From positions 255,415-319,414 of the forward strand of contig NMRA01000063.1 of NCBI GenBank assembly GCA_002633005.1: DNA of 64,000 nt, read 5' to 3'. Both the position numbers and the translations under genes were made by a program. Below the pieces are notes generated by a model, which saw only the letters and a program-made list of their open reading frames with translations, was not told where the DNA came from and did no database searches. Source of the DNA: Phoronis australis (taxonomy: Eukaryota; Animalia; Phoronida). Positions 11,764 through 24,397 of the stretch are shown in pieces (positions within the stretch are counted from its first letter, which is position 1; each line of letters opens with the position of its first letter).

Positions 11764-13425
11764 CGCCAGTAAAATGAGAGTAAATGTGTGAACTCAAAAT
11801 ACTTGTGTTTATTTATCGCAAATGGCGAAACCGGAAGGGCTAACAAAAATAGTCAAACGAATAACTCGCGTAAAATAATAAACCGGAAACCAATAGTGGC
11901 GTAATGTCTCTTTAAGTCCTTTGAAGTAACACTTATCAGTCCTAAGAAAAAATTAGCACAATACATGTAATACACTTGAACTAGGATCGGTACCATCAAA
12001 GTCCAGGGAGGATACCATAACACTTAATCAACCACAAAATCCTGAAGGTAGGTTGGAGGACGTTTGGTCCTGGAAGAGCGTCGCAAAGGAACGTCTCCCG
12101 TCACGTCAAGTGTACCGCTGCTAGTATGACCCGCATCATTGGTAGGAACAACATCATTCGAGGTGTGGGAAGGTTGACTCAGGTTTACTCCAGGAAGAAC
12201 ATCAGACACACTAGAAGGTGGTATCTGAGGTGCCGGCTGGGTTGCTAATGGGAGCATTAATCGAGGGACATGATCTTCTTCATCATCGGTGAGGTCGTGG
12301 GTAACTGGACCGTAAAGTGAAGGTGTCTCTGAAGGGACCTTGTAACATTCGGTGTCCTTTACGCGATAGGATGTAGATCGCAACTGATTCCCAATGAACT
12401 TCTGGACATTCAACCAGGTGTCATCCCGGCTGACCACGAGATAGCGAGGACGAGATCGTGTTTTGTCTCGGTCAGAATAGAGGTACACCAAGTCTCCCAC
12501 ATTTGCACGGCATGAAGGAGGGGCCTTTCGTAAAGGGGCTTTCGATTTCACGCTAGANNNNNNNNNNNNNNNNNNNNNNNNNNNNNNNNNNNNNNNNNNN
12601 NNNNNNNNNNNNNNNNNNNNNNNNNNNNNNNNNNNNNNNNNNNNNNNNNNNNNNNNNNNNNNNNNNNNNNNNNNNNNNNNNNNNNNNNNNNNNNNNNNNN
12701 NNNNNNNNNNNNNNNNNNNNNNNNNNNNNNNNNNNNNNNNNNNNNNNNNNNNNNNNNNNNNNNNNNNNNNNNNNNNNNNNNNNNNNNNNNNNNNNNNNNN
12801 NNNNNNNNNNNNNNNNNNNNNNNNNNNNNNNNNNNNNNNNNNNNNNNNNNNNNNNNNNNNNNNNNNNNNNNNNNNNNNNNNNNNNNNNNNNNNNNNNNNN
12901 NNNNNNNNNNNNNNNNNNNNNNNNNNNNNNNNNNNNNNNNNNNNNNNNNNNNNNNNNNNNNNNNNNNNNNNNNNNNNNNNNNNNNNNNNNNNNNNNNNNN
13001 NNNNNNNNNNNNNNNNNNNNNNNNNNNNNNNNNNNNNNNNNNNNNNNNNNNNNNNNNNNNNNNNNNNNNNNNNNNNNNNNNNNNNNNNNNNNNNNNNNNN
13101 NNTAGAGGAACCTTTGCCTTGTCCCAAGTAAAATCGCCTTGCAAAAAGTCAGCAAAGTTAGCGTCCAGCGATAAAACATAGGTTATATTATGTCTCCAAT
13201 TGTCGAAGGAGTTTATAGTTTCGGATTTCGTCAGACACCACTGCTTGGGTGCCTTAGCCATGGTTCGTTAAGAACACGTTGCCGCCACGCCAGTAAAATG
13301 AGAGTAAATGTGTGAACTCAAAATACTTGTGTTTATTTATCGCAAATGGCGAAACCGGAAGGGCTAACAAAAATAGTCAAACGAATAACTCGCGTAAAAT
13401 AATAAACCGGAAACCAATAGTGGCG
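11764..13425 (-). mobile_element. LTR retrotransposon (Gypsy-type) with identical 138-bp LTRs; interior lost in the assembly gap
   Basis: LTRs at 11764-11901 and 13288-13425. TGG-starting PBS immediately after the 5' LTR. Gag start [22 protein letters not shown] at 13261. Integrase tail (VGDLVYL...RRSSRTKRPPTYLQDFV) ends at 12024. Purine-rich tract before the 3' LTR. Confidence 0.9.
12558..13102. other. Assembly gap (545 N)
   Basis: Run of N. Confidence 1.
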
Positions 13426-16400
13426 CAGCTTCTATTGAACTAGACTGTAGCCTATTTCTTATTGATTTATGACATCTAAGTTCGTCATACGTATGAATGT
13501 TATGATGTTGTTCATCATCGCCACCACAATCATCATCTTCGTCATCTTCATCATCATCTTTGACTGTCGTCTTTTCTTCAGTTAATTTCGCCAAGTATCG
13601 CTCAAGACTGTAGCCTATTTCTTTTTTCTGACCTCTACGTTCGTCATATAAATGATATCATAACTTGCATTGTCTATTATCGCCACCTTTGTCGTCATAG
13701 CTGTCATCTTCGTCATCATCTCTGTCGTCGTCTTTTCTGGTCATCTCTAACGTGGTTTTTTGTTTAATTTCGCCAAGTTTTGCTCCTTGTTTTGAACGGC
13801 TGAACAGACTGCGTTCGAACCGATTACGTCATTGGTTAATTTCAACACCTCCGTCTGCCATCAGATGTCAGATAAAACAACTGAACTTGCTGTTATCGAG
13901 TGGGGCTACTCGATCTACATTGATACAAAATTGATTGTTTTTTGGGTGGCATTCTCCTGTAAAGCTTAATAAAGTTCTTACAAATTAGTTTCCATGAAAA
14001 GTTCTTTACAATTTTTTAACACACTGCGCCTTTTTATAGGTGGACTCTGGAGGTGAGTGCACTGCCACCTATAGGATAAGTGACACAACCATCACAAAGA
14101 CAAAGACAGGTTGCACAAATCTGGATGTCACTGGACAGTTCCTTAATGTAAATCATGTGAGTATAGTGGGATGAATAAATAGTCCCCATAGTTAACTGGC
14201 AGCTAGTGTGTAGGTTTGCTTTGCCTCTTGGCTGGGCTGAATGTTGAACGTGTGACGTACAACTAATGACCCTTGTGAGCATTAAAGGGAATTTTGCTTG
14301 ACCCAATTTCACATTTTTATGTGCAGGACCAGTGGAATTGAGAGCCACAGGCCGCAATTCTTTCATTCGTGAACATAATCTGACGTTCCTTTTGCATGAA
14401 TCATATCCCACTGCACTAGGAAATCTCAGAGGATTGAACTGTAGATGGTGTTGAAGGTTGTCCACCGATAGGGGTGTCCCAGATTATACAGCAACACTCG
14501 AATCTCGCTGTATTTACCCTCAATGCCGTAAACATTCGTCAGGTAGATTCGCTGCCTCATTGTTGTGCCACTGGAATTTCACATGTTATTTGTTGTTGTC
14601 TGATTCTTTACAAGTTTTTGTTGGTTGCATTACTCTATTCGTCTTTCCAATGCCAACAAAGTATTTTAACTGTTGTGCTGTGGTCTCAGTGCTACTCCAA
14701 TGTGAGAAAGTTTGATAAACTGGACGAATACTCGTGGATGCGTAATCTGAAATTCTTCACCTTCCCGACATCATTGAGAGACACGAAAATGTGCCTGATT
14801 TCCAAAACGAGTCATGCACTTTCTTATCTCTGGGACAAAGGAGAGTTCTATTGTCGTGTAATTTGGAACGGCCCTATTACTCTCACTATATCTCTCAGAC
14901 GTAGGCTGCAGTATTCCTGATTGCTGACATTTTGTCCCTGCTATCTCAGACAATGGCTGCAGTATTGCTGAATGCTTACATCAATTCATAGTTGATCACG
15001 GTGGCGCAAAAATTTTTTTTTTATTTAAAAAAGGCAATTGAGTAGACACTCAGCATTTCTTACTCGAAATAAAAAAAATTCTGGAAGCTTGGCATATGAT
15101 AGGTCATGTTGTTTCATTTTTAAATATTCTATTTGAATATCGAGTCCTGTTCATTGGTTTTTCTTTGTAATACAGCAAATTAGCCATGCTAACTGATGCA
15201 CTATATGGCCATTCTTAGTTACTTGTTTTGCTACCTACCCTGTTGAGGGATTTGTTCAAGCATGACAGCGTTCTCCCGTTCAGTGACTTAACCAGATGTT
15301 GAGGGTTGTGAGCCTGTGATAAAATCTAGCTCCTTTGTTAACTGCCAAGCACAGTCTTTTGTCTGGTATGACAACAGACAGGCCAATTATCTACCAGGCT
15401 TATTACAGACCAGGTGTGAACACAGTCAAACCCAGAGAGAATTGGCACATTTGGAAAGAATAAATCGTCGTAACTTCGGTTGCATTTGGGCGACTTGTTG
15501 ATTCAAAAAACTAAACATGATCAGCATTTGACAAGGAATTCAGAAATGCTATTGGTTTATGATCAAATATGTTATAACTTAACTTTTATTTTCAACAGCA
15601 CAGCCCAGTCAGGCTAGATAGGATGTCATTGGAGATTAGAGCAATTACCGAACAAAAAAGAACTGGCCCTCCAACCATAAATGCCAGATTGGAGTTAATC
15701 AGTCGTGTAAGATATTGGCTACAGGGGTGTTCTTGCCAACTTGTTGTTGGGCTATAGAATCGAAAAAGTTGGGATCAACGGGAAAACGCCGTAATGATTG
15801 AAGCAAGGAGTGTACATAAAATTGGAGAGTTCACTCCGCTATCTTGCCATTCACTGCAATGGCTATTGCTTGAAAAACTATCACCCCAAGCGGTGAATAA
15901 GCAACACTAATTTAGCGGCGTTGTTCTAACTATGTAAACACTGATAAATTCATACATTAATGACATTCCACGTGCAATAAAATTACTGTGTTATTGAAAA
16001 TGGGTTAAATACGTAAACTAACAACCACTTAAAATCGAATGAAAATGAAAATGTGTGTTTTAATCAATATTAAATTGTTTTGCTTTCATTCTCTTGAAGC
16101 TCCCTTCAAAAGCCATCATGGTTTTGTTTCATGTTTGAGTTCTTAATAAGGGAAATTACTGTTCCTTATAACATTTCATACCTCCATGGACTACATAATT
16201 TTAGTGATTGCTCCTGGGTGTTCAGGGGGATTGCCCCCAGCTGCCAGCAAAGGGGTACATCATTAGGGAGGAGTGCAAACCAGGTGGGCACCAAATGGGC
16301 ACATGTTGACCCTCTCCCAGGGGGGCACATGGGAGGAGTGCTAAACAGATAAAACTACTGGGTATGCCACATGAGTGTTGAGCCCCTCCCATCGTCACAA

Positions 16401-17056
16401 ATTTGGGTTGTTCCCCTAACCATTGACAACATGTGCTGAGGTGGTGATAAGATTTGGCCCTCGTTGTGTGTGCATGACCCCAAGGACTTTTGCTTGTAAT
16501 GACTGGTGGCCATCATGCCCCAATACCATTCTGGGTGTTTTCCAAATTTTCATTACAAAGTGCTCCCTGGTCACTGCTCGTTGCAGTGATGGATTAAAGG
16601 AGGGGTCTAGGGGCCATGGCCCCCTCTAAAATTTTCCCACATTCCATATGGCAGTTCGGGGGTGTGAATGTCTGACAGGCAAAATCCTGGATCCACCCCT
16701 GGGTTTCATGTCCACGCAACAAGTTTAAATGTGTTCCGTGTTGAATACGCCAGGCTGCTACAAGTGCAGACAATTGCTTTGTGTAGGAGGTGTAGCACAA
16801 GTAAGAAGAAGAACACAGGACAATTCTGGAGTTTTCCTGGTTGAATTAGACGTAAGTGCAATTTATCGCACTGCACAATGCGCCTTTCCCCATTGTTGTC
16901 CCACTTCCTACTTGACCGTTCCTTGATTGAAGTTGCTGATTTTAATATGAGCTCCGTGCATGTGACGCAGTCGAGTTTATGGGACGTTGTTTGAAGCACA
17001 TAAATGTTATTAATAGTTTCCTTTAACAATTACCGTTAGTATTTCTGCTTTTTCAG

Positions 17057-17196
17057 CTTTTAAGCATTACCAACAGCAAGATTGCTGAGACTATCTATGA
17101 ACTCACTGATGGCCTCATACACACTGCAAATTCTGTTGAGGCACAGCAGGTGGCTCTCAATGCCAAATCAAGTGTCTCCATGTGGGTTCAAGCTAG
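17057..17196 (+). CDS. MTTP: MTTP-like exon (140 nt, phase 0 to 2)
   Basis: tttcag|...|gtacgt; LLSITNSKIAETIYELTDGLIHTANSVEAQQVALNAKSSVSMWVQAR resembles the MTP beta-barrel segment. Confidence 0.85.
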
Positions 17197-17911
17197 GTAC
17201 GTAGGTGAATCTTCATATTCAAGGCCAGGTTGCCTAAGGGTCTAGGATTCTGTTAAAATAAAGTTCTTAGTTGGCCAGATACTGACAGTTGGCTGAATTA
17301 TATCAAGTTTTTAGTGTTTTTTCTTGTTTTCAGTTCGTAAGTTTGAGGTGAAGATGTTTGATTAACTGTATCATCAATAATTCAATGATTTCAAACCAGT
17401 CTATCAAAACAGACATATGGAACATCGAGAAACTACTGATTTTGAAGTTACAGTTGAGTGTCTTCAAATTGGAATAATTTTTGAAAACTTCTCTTCGTGC
17501 GTAGAATTTTATCATTTGTTTTTAGTGACGGTTACTCAAAACCTACAAACTGTTCTGAGTTAAGATGGGAAGCCACCTTATACTCATGTTTCAAAAAAGC
17601 ATCAATAGCAATTTGTACATACATTGAATTTGTGACATGTCCAATCTCAAAAAAGTAAACCTTTCACGTGACATTTTGTTGAAACAGGGATAGCCAAGTT
17701 TCTTGGAAAAAATAAAAAAAATTCCCTGTGTGATTTTTTTTGTGAAAAATTATGGAAAAACTCATTTCTTAAGTCATATTGTTCTAAGTTAAAAGCATTT
17801 CAGTAAAAGTGTACACTAAAAGACTTAGATTTGTTTAGTATTGATGTGTTGGAATGTACTTGTGTATTGTTGTTGTTAATGCGCTTCTGTATTGTTGTCG
17901 TTATGGTTTAG

Positions 17912-17997
17912 GCAACACTTGAAACTTGTCCAAGTCATTGATGGGAAAAGACTGTCTGGGAGTTCTGCTCAAGAGATTATAAACAATCTTAATGACG
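17912..17997 (+). CDS. MTTP: MTTP-like exon (86 nt, phase 2 to 1)
   Basis: tttag|...|gtgagg; QHLKLVQVIDGKRLSGSSAQEIINNLND (compare MTP QKLEL...RLMSG). Confidence 0.85.
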
Positions 17998-18060
17998 GTG
18001 AGGCACCCTGGGTTAAACATGGTTCAAAATTGCAAATTTCCATTTTCCAAGGGCTTCTAA

Positions 18061-18474
18061 AGTCCCGTTCACACACTGCCTACCCTAGAACAACTTGCAC
18101 TAGCGCAATTTACCCCACTTTTAAGTGGAGCGTGCACGCACGCACACATCAGATAATTGAGGTAAGGCAGAAGTTGTCACTCTGTGCATGACAATCAACA
18201 CTTAATGCGAGCATGGTATGCAAAAGTAAACCCATCTGTATTCTAATGCAGCTGATAGTTACTTCTACCTTGCCCCAGGTCTGTGGCCACACAGGAATTA
18301 GAAGTGGCGCAAGTTACCCTAGAACAAGTTACCCCATCTCAATAAAGTGAAGTAAGTTTTCACAGGTGTGGCAAGTTGCACTAGTTTGAATAGCGTGCAC
18401 ACAGCCTCCAAACCTAGCGACAACTTATTCCAGGAGTAACTTGTTCCTGGGTAAGTCTATGTGTGAATGGTGCT
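18061..18474. mobile_element. PIF/Harbinger-like MITE
   Basis: TAA|AGTCCCGTTCACACA ... TGTGTGAATGGTGCT|TAA: imperfect TIRs with a TAA TSD. Confidence 0.65.
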
Positions 18475-20070
18475 TAAAGGAGAATGCCTCCCGATTTAAT
18501 TAGTCTTTTTTACCATCTTAATATATCTATATCCACATCACCTCGTATACGGTTGATCTTACCTCGCCGAGAGGTGTCGCGTTAACCTGTGAGGAAGGTG
18601 AGAAGTGACGTCAGTGGTTGTTCTGCAGAGTGCGTGCCGTTTGTGCGAATTATGAAGCTGTGAGGAAAGCGGGTTTATCATTTTCTCGATTTCCTCGAGA
18701 GCCCATAAGGCTGTAAGTGGCTTGCATTTTGTCGGATCTGTTGTTGATGAGTTTTTGATTATGGAGAATTGTAGTTGGCCATGAAAACATAAACAATTAC
18801 AATTAATTCGAGACATGAAAACATAACGTTTTATATAACTTGTTTGATGACTCACTCATTCGTGAGGCTTCTGTTTGGTTCTCTGACTATAGGATGTTTT
18901 CACCAGTTCTTTTTCTCAGCCCTCAAAAAAACATCCTAAGCACACCACTGTTTAGTTGTGGTTGCAAAATCAGGATGGTCCGTGAGACATATCTGTGCTT
19001 CTCCAAGAAGGCGTTTCACCGGCGGAATTTCGTAGCAGCAAACGCAAGCGTCAGTCGTTTCCATTATCGTGCAGTTAGCTCACTGACACCATAACAACTC
19101 ATTCAAACAGTTTTTGGAACCATTTATCTATATGTTCTGTTGTCTGTGCACGTTCACTGCGCCTCTCTAGTATTTTTTTATCAGTGTATTCCGGTTCGAA
19201 TGGATAGCCTGTGAAACCTAACGATCGACCTGTGAAGTCTTCGTTGGATGAGCACTCATTTAAGTTCGGACTGCGAGTTGCCACGTTGACGTTTATTATT
19301 GTGCGAGTGCGTTCTGTTTCAAAATGAATTATTCTCACCCAAACCAATGCTTATATAAAACTGAAACATAGTCTGTCTCATTAGATACAATTTGTAATGC
19401 CTTAGAGTGTTCGTAAGTGCAAATGTTTTGAGACATGCCATAAACATCCCCACTAAACGAGATGACGTCAAACCCCACTGATCAGGGAAAACTGTGTGGT
19501 TTGGCAGATTGAACTAGACCGTATTTATCCACCTTGGCTGTGTCGCGCTCAGCTCACGATCAAAGGGATGCCGCCTAGCTGCTCTATTCATCGAGTCACG
19601 AGCGAGGATAATTGGCTTCGCTGATGCGGATACAATCTAGCCTTGATGACCGTACTTTTTCTGGAGAGCATTTTACACAATTTTGAGCATAATATTTGAA
19701 AATATTAGAGAAAAAATGTTGGTACAACTTTGAATTTTTCAAATCGGCCGAGGATAAGAGATTTTGCAACAAAGCAACACTCACGACTACTTTTATTCGG
19801 TGCACACGAATACAAAAATATAGGACCCAAGTTAGGACAGTATTAATGTAGACCTACTACAGTCTGTCTGGCTAATGCCGGAGGTTTCCGGCTGCCTAGC
19901 ATTGATCTAAGTAGGTCAAACTCAATTCAAAAATTCAAAAACAACGGCCAATCAGAAAATTTAAAAGGGCCTAGTTTGGTTGGGATGCTTAGAGACAAGC
20001 ATAAGATGGTAAGTATTCATAAAAAAACTGTTTGTGATTGGCTAATTGAGTCGCATTCCTTGATTGTTCA

Positions 20071-20641
20071 TCGATTCTTAACAAATTTGTCGTATTTAAA
20101 AGTCTTCAAATGCCAAAAAGACCAAATCCGTTTTTCGTGTTGGCAATAATGACGGGATTGCTTTGGAAATCGTCTTTAGATAAGGTTTGGCAAAGAGAGT
20201 ATTGCGAGTTTCTGAGTGATTCACTAAGGCTTCGATTAAAATTCACATCTTACCAGCAGCTTCTGTTTTTTCATCGTCACTCAGGTTCCATTTTCTTTAA
20301 AAATGAAGTTAATTTTCTTCATTGCACAGTGGAGCAGACGACGGAAACGGAGTCATAGTGCGCAGCGCCACTGCCTGTCGCCTGGGATATCGCAGCAGAG
20401 CCTATACTTGAGCCATGATAGTTCCGTTACGAATGCGTCGTGTTCCGAATTTGACACTTGAAGTTAGATTTGAGCCCCCCCACACTAAAACTGCACACAT
20501 TTAAATCTTTTTTCATCCGTATAATTTTAATTACCGGGGTTAATTAATAAAGTCAACATTTCCCTGCGCTCTTACTGTTTTATTTTTTTGCGGCAGTCAA
20601 GGGGCCGGGCCCCCTGGGCCCCCCCCCTAAATCCGCCTATG
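20071..20641 (+). mobile_element. 5'-truncated copy of the hAT-like MITE at 39545-40479
   Basis: High similarity to ~39961-40479; ends CCCCTAAATCCGCCTATG. Confidence 0.85.
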
Positions 20642-20680
20642 TCGCATGCACGTGGAGGGCATAGCCTTATTATATTACAG

Positions 20681-22371
20681 AATTTGAAGGATTTGAGGAT
20701 GAAATTAATGAAGATTCGTCCGATAACGATCTCGACTTACCTGGTGGCTCCGAAGCTCAATGGATTGAAGGCGATCGCGAGCCCGCTGACCTCGGGTTTT
20801 CTGCGACTCCCGGTTTGGCCACGGGAATACGCCTGCCCGAAGATCCCCAGCCGCTTGATTTTTTTAAGTTGTTCGTCACCGCTGATGATCTTAAAGAAAT
20901 GGCCTATGAAACCAACAGATATGCGGCTGACGGAACTCTCTAAAAATCAGGATAGGCTGAAGGAGAATTACCGGCTTAGGAAGTGGCGAGACACGACGTG
21001 GCAAGAAATGAAGGTTTTCTTGCTATGACCATCGCGATGGGACTAGTTGTCCAGCTAGATTTGTCTTCATACTGGACAACTGATGAGGTTTGTGAAACAA
21101 CTTTCTTTCGAAAGTTTATGTCCCGAGACAGAGTTTGGCTGCTGACGTCCTTTTTTCACCTGTCAGATAATGCCAACCAAATTCGTCATGGCCTACCTGG
21201 ATTTAACCCATTATACAAGCTTGGATCATTATACCAGAACATTATTTCTTGCTTTCATTCTGTACATACATCTCATCAGCAGCTCTCATTAGACGAAGGA
21301 ATGGTGCCTTGGAGAGGAAATTTATCTTATCGTGTTTATAACTCCGTAAAACCAAAAAAGTATGGAATAACAGCCTACATGATTTGCGATGCTGTAACTG
21401 GACATTGTTCAAAATTCAAACTGTATTCTGGCAAAAGTGAAACACCCCCTTCTGAAGACGGAACAACATATGATCTAGTAATGCATTTGATGCAAGAATA
21501 CTTTGGGAAAGTCTATATTTTATTCATGGACAATTATTATAGTTCAATTAAACTTAATAAAGATCTGTGGGAGTTTGGTTGCGGTGTGACAGGAACTCTT
21601 CGTCAAAATCGACGCGGTGTGCCTCAATTTGTAAAGAATAAGAAACTCAATAAGGGAGATATATTTTGTGTGCATGATAATAACCTATTACTTGTAAAAT
21701 TTCATGATAGAAAAGTGGTTCGTTTATTGACAACTGTAGATAAATGTAGCAAAATAACAACTGGCAAAACAAATCCACTTGACCAAACCCCTGTAGAGAA
21801 GCTAGCAGTAGTGATAACGTATGATAAATTCATCGGTGGAGTAGATCACTCTGACCAAATGGTCAGCTATGCTACCTTTAATGCTCGAACCCTTAAATGG
21901 TGGAAGAGGGTCATATTTCATGTTTTATCATCTGTACTGAATGCGTATCTGGTGTACAAATACGTAACCTCTGATCGTGTTCCACTGCTAAATCGTCAGT
22001 TCAGGCAAAAGCTAATTAGTGACATAATTGCATCTGTTGATGACGATGTAATACAACCGTCTTCTTCTGTCGGTAGGCGATCCTCTGGTGAGCCGCTTCT
22101 CCGTCTTCATGGTAAACACTTCCCAGAGCGTATCATAGCCACAGGTACTAAGAAAAACATTTCTCGAGCCTGTGTTATATGTCAACCTGCTGAACGGAAG
22201 CGTTTATCGAGAGTACGGGAGAAGCGAAAAAGGCCGGGTAGAGAATTGTCTTACCAATGCAATAGCTGTAAAAAGGCACTGTGTGTTGTGCCATGCTTCA
22301 GGTTGTATCATAGCTATAAGAATTATGAAAAAGCATATTACGATGAACAACAAAGTGCTGAAGATGCATAA
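20681..22371 (+). pseudogene. piggyBac transposase (PGBD4-like) with two compensating frameshifts (~20930 and ~21012)
   Basis: PLDFFKLF..ETNRYA; catalytic LSLDEGM, FMDNYYSS and GGVDHSDQ; KWWKRVIFH; C-terminal Cys-rich domain CVIC...CNSC..LC..CF..YH. No TTAA-bounded piggyBac TIRs seen. Confidence 0.9.
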
Positions 22372-23654
22372 CTGCAGTTTGACACACCTGAAATACCTGT
22401 GGATGTGAAAATTAGGCATTAGTTAATGTCATGCAATATCAAAATTTAGTTTTGGTTAGTATGGATTGTAAATACAATCATTTATATAACATTACCATGT
22501 GATATGAATCGGTGTTGAACATGCAGTTTTCTGAGCATAACATGCCAGTAACTTACCTCAACTTGCTGTAACGTGGCCTCTTGTTTGGAATGGGCACTTG
22601 ATACTGAATTCAGAACACTTCTACCCTTGTTTTGCATGACATGTTGTCTCATATTGTAGTTATATTTGTTTATTTTGCATGAAAACATTGACAAATACTG
22701 TTTTTACACCTTTACCTTTGTTTGATTTGTCATCAGGTGCATATGTCATACTTGTTTTGCTAATTGTTATGATAGTGGGGGGCCCTGCCGAGGCCGTGTG
22801 AGTGCATGCTAATTCAGTGTTTGGTGACAGAAATCTGTTGTGAAACAATAATTCGATTTTATATCCTATGGTCAGATGTTAGGAGAACCTTTATTCATAT
22901 ATTCATATACAATATTCGAATCTTGGTTATTGTATTTATAACTTTTGCCCTGACGGTTCTGTGGAAGGGTAACCTGACTTCGCGACGAGCTAGTAACTAG
23001 ATTTGCAGTTTCGTGACTAATTCACCAAAGTAATCACGTGCACATTTTTTCTTTGGATCTCAGTTTTTTCATGACTGGAAGTTTAGTTTCCAACTTTGGC
23101 TGGTTTATGTTCGTGATGTCTTCAGTCCGGCCACGATGGGTCTTATCGGGTTTCGAGCCACTGAAGGGTTTTGTGTGTTTAGAACTGAAAAAAATTGCAA
23201 GTCAAAAATTACAACACACAGCTATGTTCTCCTGTCGGTATTTCACAGACAAATAATTTGAATTTACCACCGAAGAGACCCCAAACTCCCGCGACCGACC
23301 TTGGTAACTTGGCCTACCGAACTTTGTAGGCTACGGTACGTCCAAATACCTAAAAATCCGTAACAGCGAAATAACATGTTTGTTCAATAACTTGGTGTAT
23401 TTGTAATGGTTTTATATCGAATTTTGATGTTTTATTGGTGTAAAATGATGAATTCAAGTGATAAGCTGATACCAGTAAGCGTGTTATGAACTGCTGAACA
23501 GACTGTATTAAAAAAATTTGACGTCATTGGTTAATTTCAACACCTCCGTCTGCCGTCAGGTAAGAGAGCTGTACTTGCTTTTATCAAGTGGAACTACTTG
23601 ATCTCAATTGATACAAACTTTTGAGGTTATTTTTTGGGTGGCATTCTCCTTTAA

Positions 23655-23830
23655 GATTATTGTGAATTGAATGTCTGACAGTACCTATGGTACACATTCT
23701 AAGATTATTGTAAACTGAATGTCTGACAGTAGCTATGGTACACATCTTGAACATTGTAAATTGAATGTCTGACAGTAACTGGTACACATTTTTTGAATAT
23801 TGTGAACTGAATGTCTGACAGTAGTTACAT
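23655..23830. repeat. ~47-bp tandem repeat, ~4 copies
   Basis: ATTGTRAAYTGAATGTCTGACAGTA...GGTACACAT. Confidence 0.85.
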
Positions 23831-24397
23831 ATTTCTACAATACATGTGTAAAGTACCATGTCTCAGACTTCTTATTTATCTTCAAAGAGCAGAGATATCA
23901 GCCATCAAAGTCCATTTTAAAGCATTTTTCCAAATCTTCAATATTAACGCTCAATATATCCATTACTTAAAGGTAAATGAAACACTGAGATGCACTTCTC
24001 TCTGCCGCACATGATAGAATATGTGCGTAAAATTTCTTACTAATTGATGGATGCTTAAAAAAGATCATAAATCAAGAGGTCTGAAAGTGGCTGATAAAGG
24101 TTGGCCACATAATTGATTGAAATTAAGTCCCCAAAATATTGCAGATTTTAGCATTGAAATGTGTAGCAATGACTAATAAAGATTAGATTTTTAATAACTT
24201 GTGAGTGATGCATTTTTGTAAAAAAATCATGAAAATTATTACTTTTAACAGATTCTCTGATATTTTCTATGATATACTTTATTAGTTTTTTGTTAAATGC
24301 TGTGAATAGTTAAGCTTTAGAAGTGAAGGCTTCTTGGCATGTCAAGTTAATGTGATGTGCTGCTTGTAGAAGGATATTGTATCCTTTGTTTTCTCAG

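Larger units (their letters stand above)
9608..13790. mobile_element. Helentron/HINE-like non-autonomous repeat with two diverged tandem units (~9620-10400 and ~10950-11715)
   Basis: Palindrome ACTTGGCGAAATTTCGCCAAGT at the left edge. TTCGCCAAGT recurs near 10800, 10958, 13590 and 13772. (TCG/TCA)n microsatellites. Absent from the second Kolobok copy. Confidence 0.5.
8170..13958 (+). mobile_element. Non-autonomous Kolobok DNA transposon (family A, copy 1) with nested insertions
   Basis: TTAA|AGGAGAGTGCCACCC ... GGGTGGCATTCTCCT|GTAA (15-bp TIR, right TSD mutated). THAP remnant at ~8334-8570 (CPNY..ISFYRLP*EPELLRK..WHFVDSDF). Convergent EPEYT (KolX-like) remnant at ~8610-8660 on the minus strand. 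Homologous to 18478-23650. Confidence 0.8.
18478..23650 (+). mobile_element. Kolobok family A copy 2 carrying a ~3.3-kb insert that includes a piggyBac transposase
   Basis: TTAA|AGGAGAATGCCTCCC ... GGGTGGCATTCTCCT|TTAA. GYPFEPEYT remnant on the minus strand (19099-19347). Flanking portions align with 8170-13958. Confidence 0.85.

Noticed and set aside
12024-13261. Long poly-X ORFs
   Set aside because: They span the N gap; only the gag start and integrase tail are real.
14030-15800. Possible very old minus-strand LINE remnant (RMFTAL..RFECCCIIWDTP near 14470-14540)
   Set aside because: Only one degenerate motif is visible; a TBLASTN/HMM search would be needed to support it.
16787-16871. Candidate extra MTTP exon (QDNSGVFLVELDVS resembles NEVDISG)
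   Set aside because: Weak similarity, and the expected following exon is not found before 17057.
20007-20015. ATG|GTAAGT as a first exon for the piggyBac ORF
   Set aside because: A phase-0 donor is out of frame with the phase-1 acceptor at 20680.
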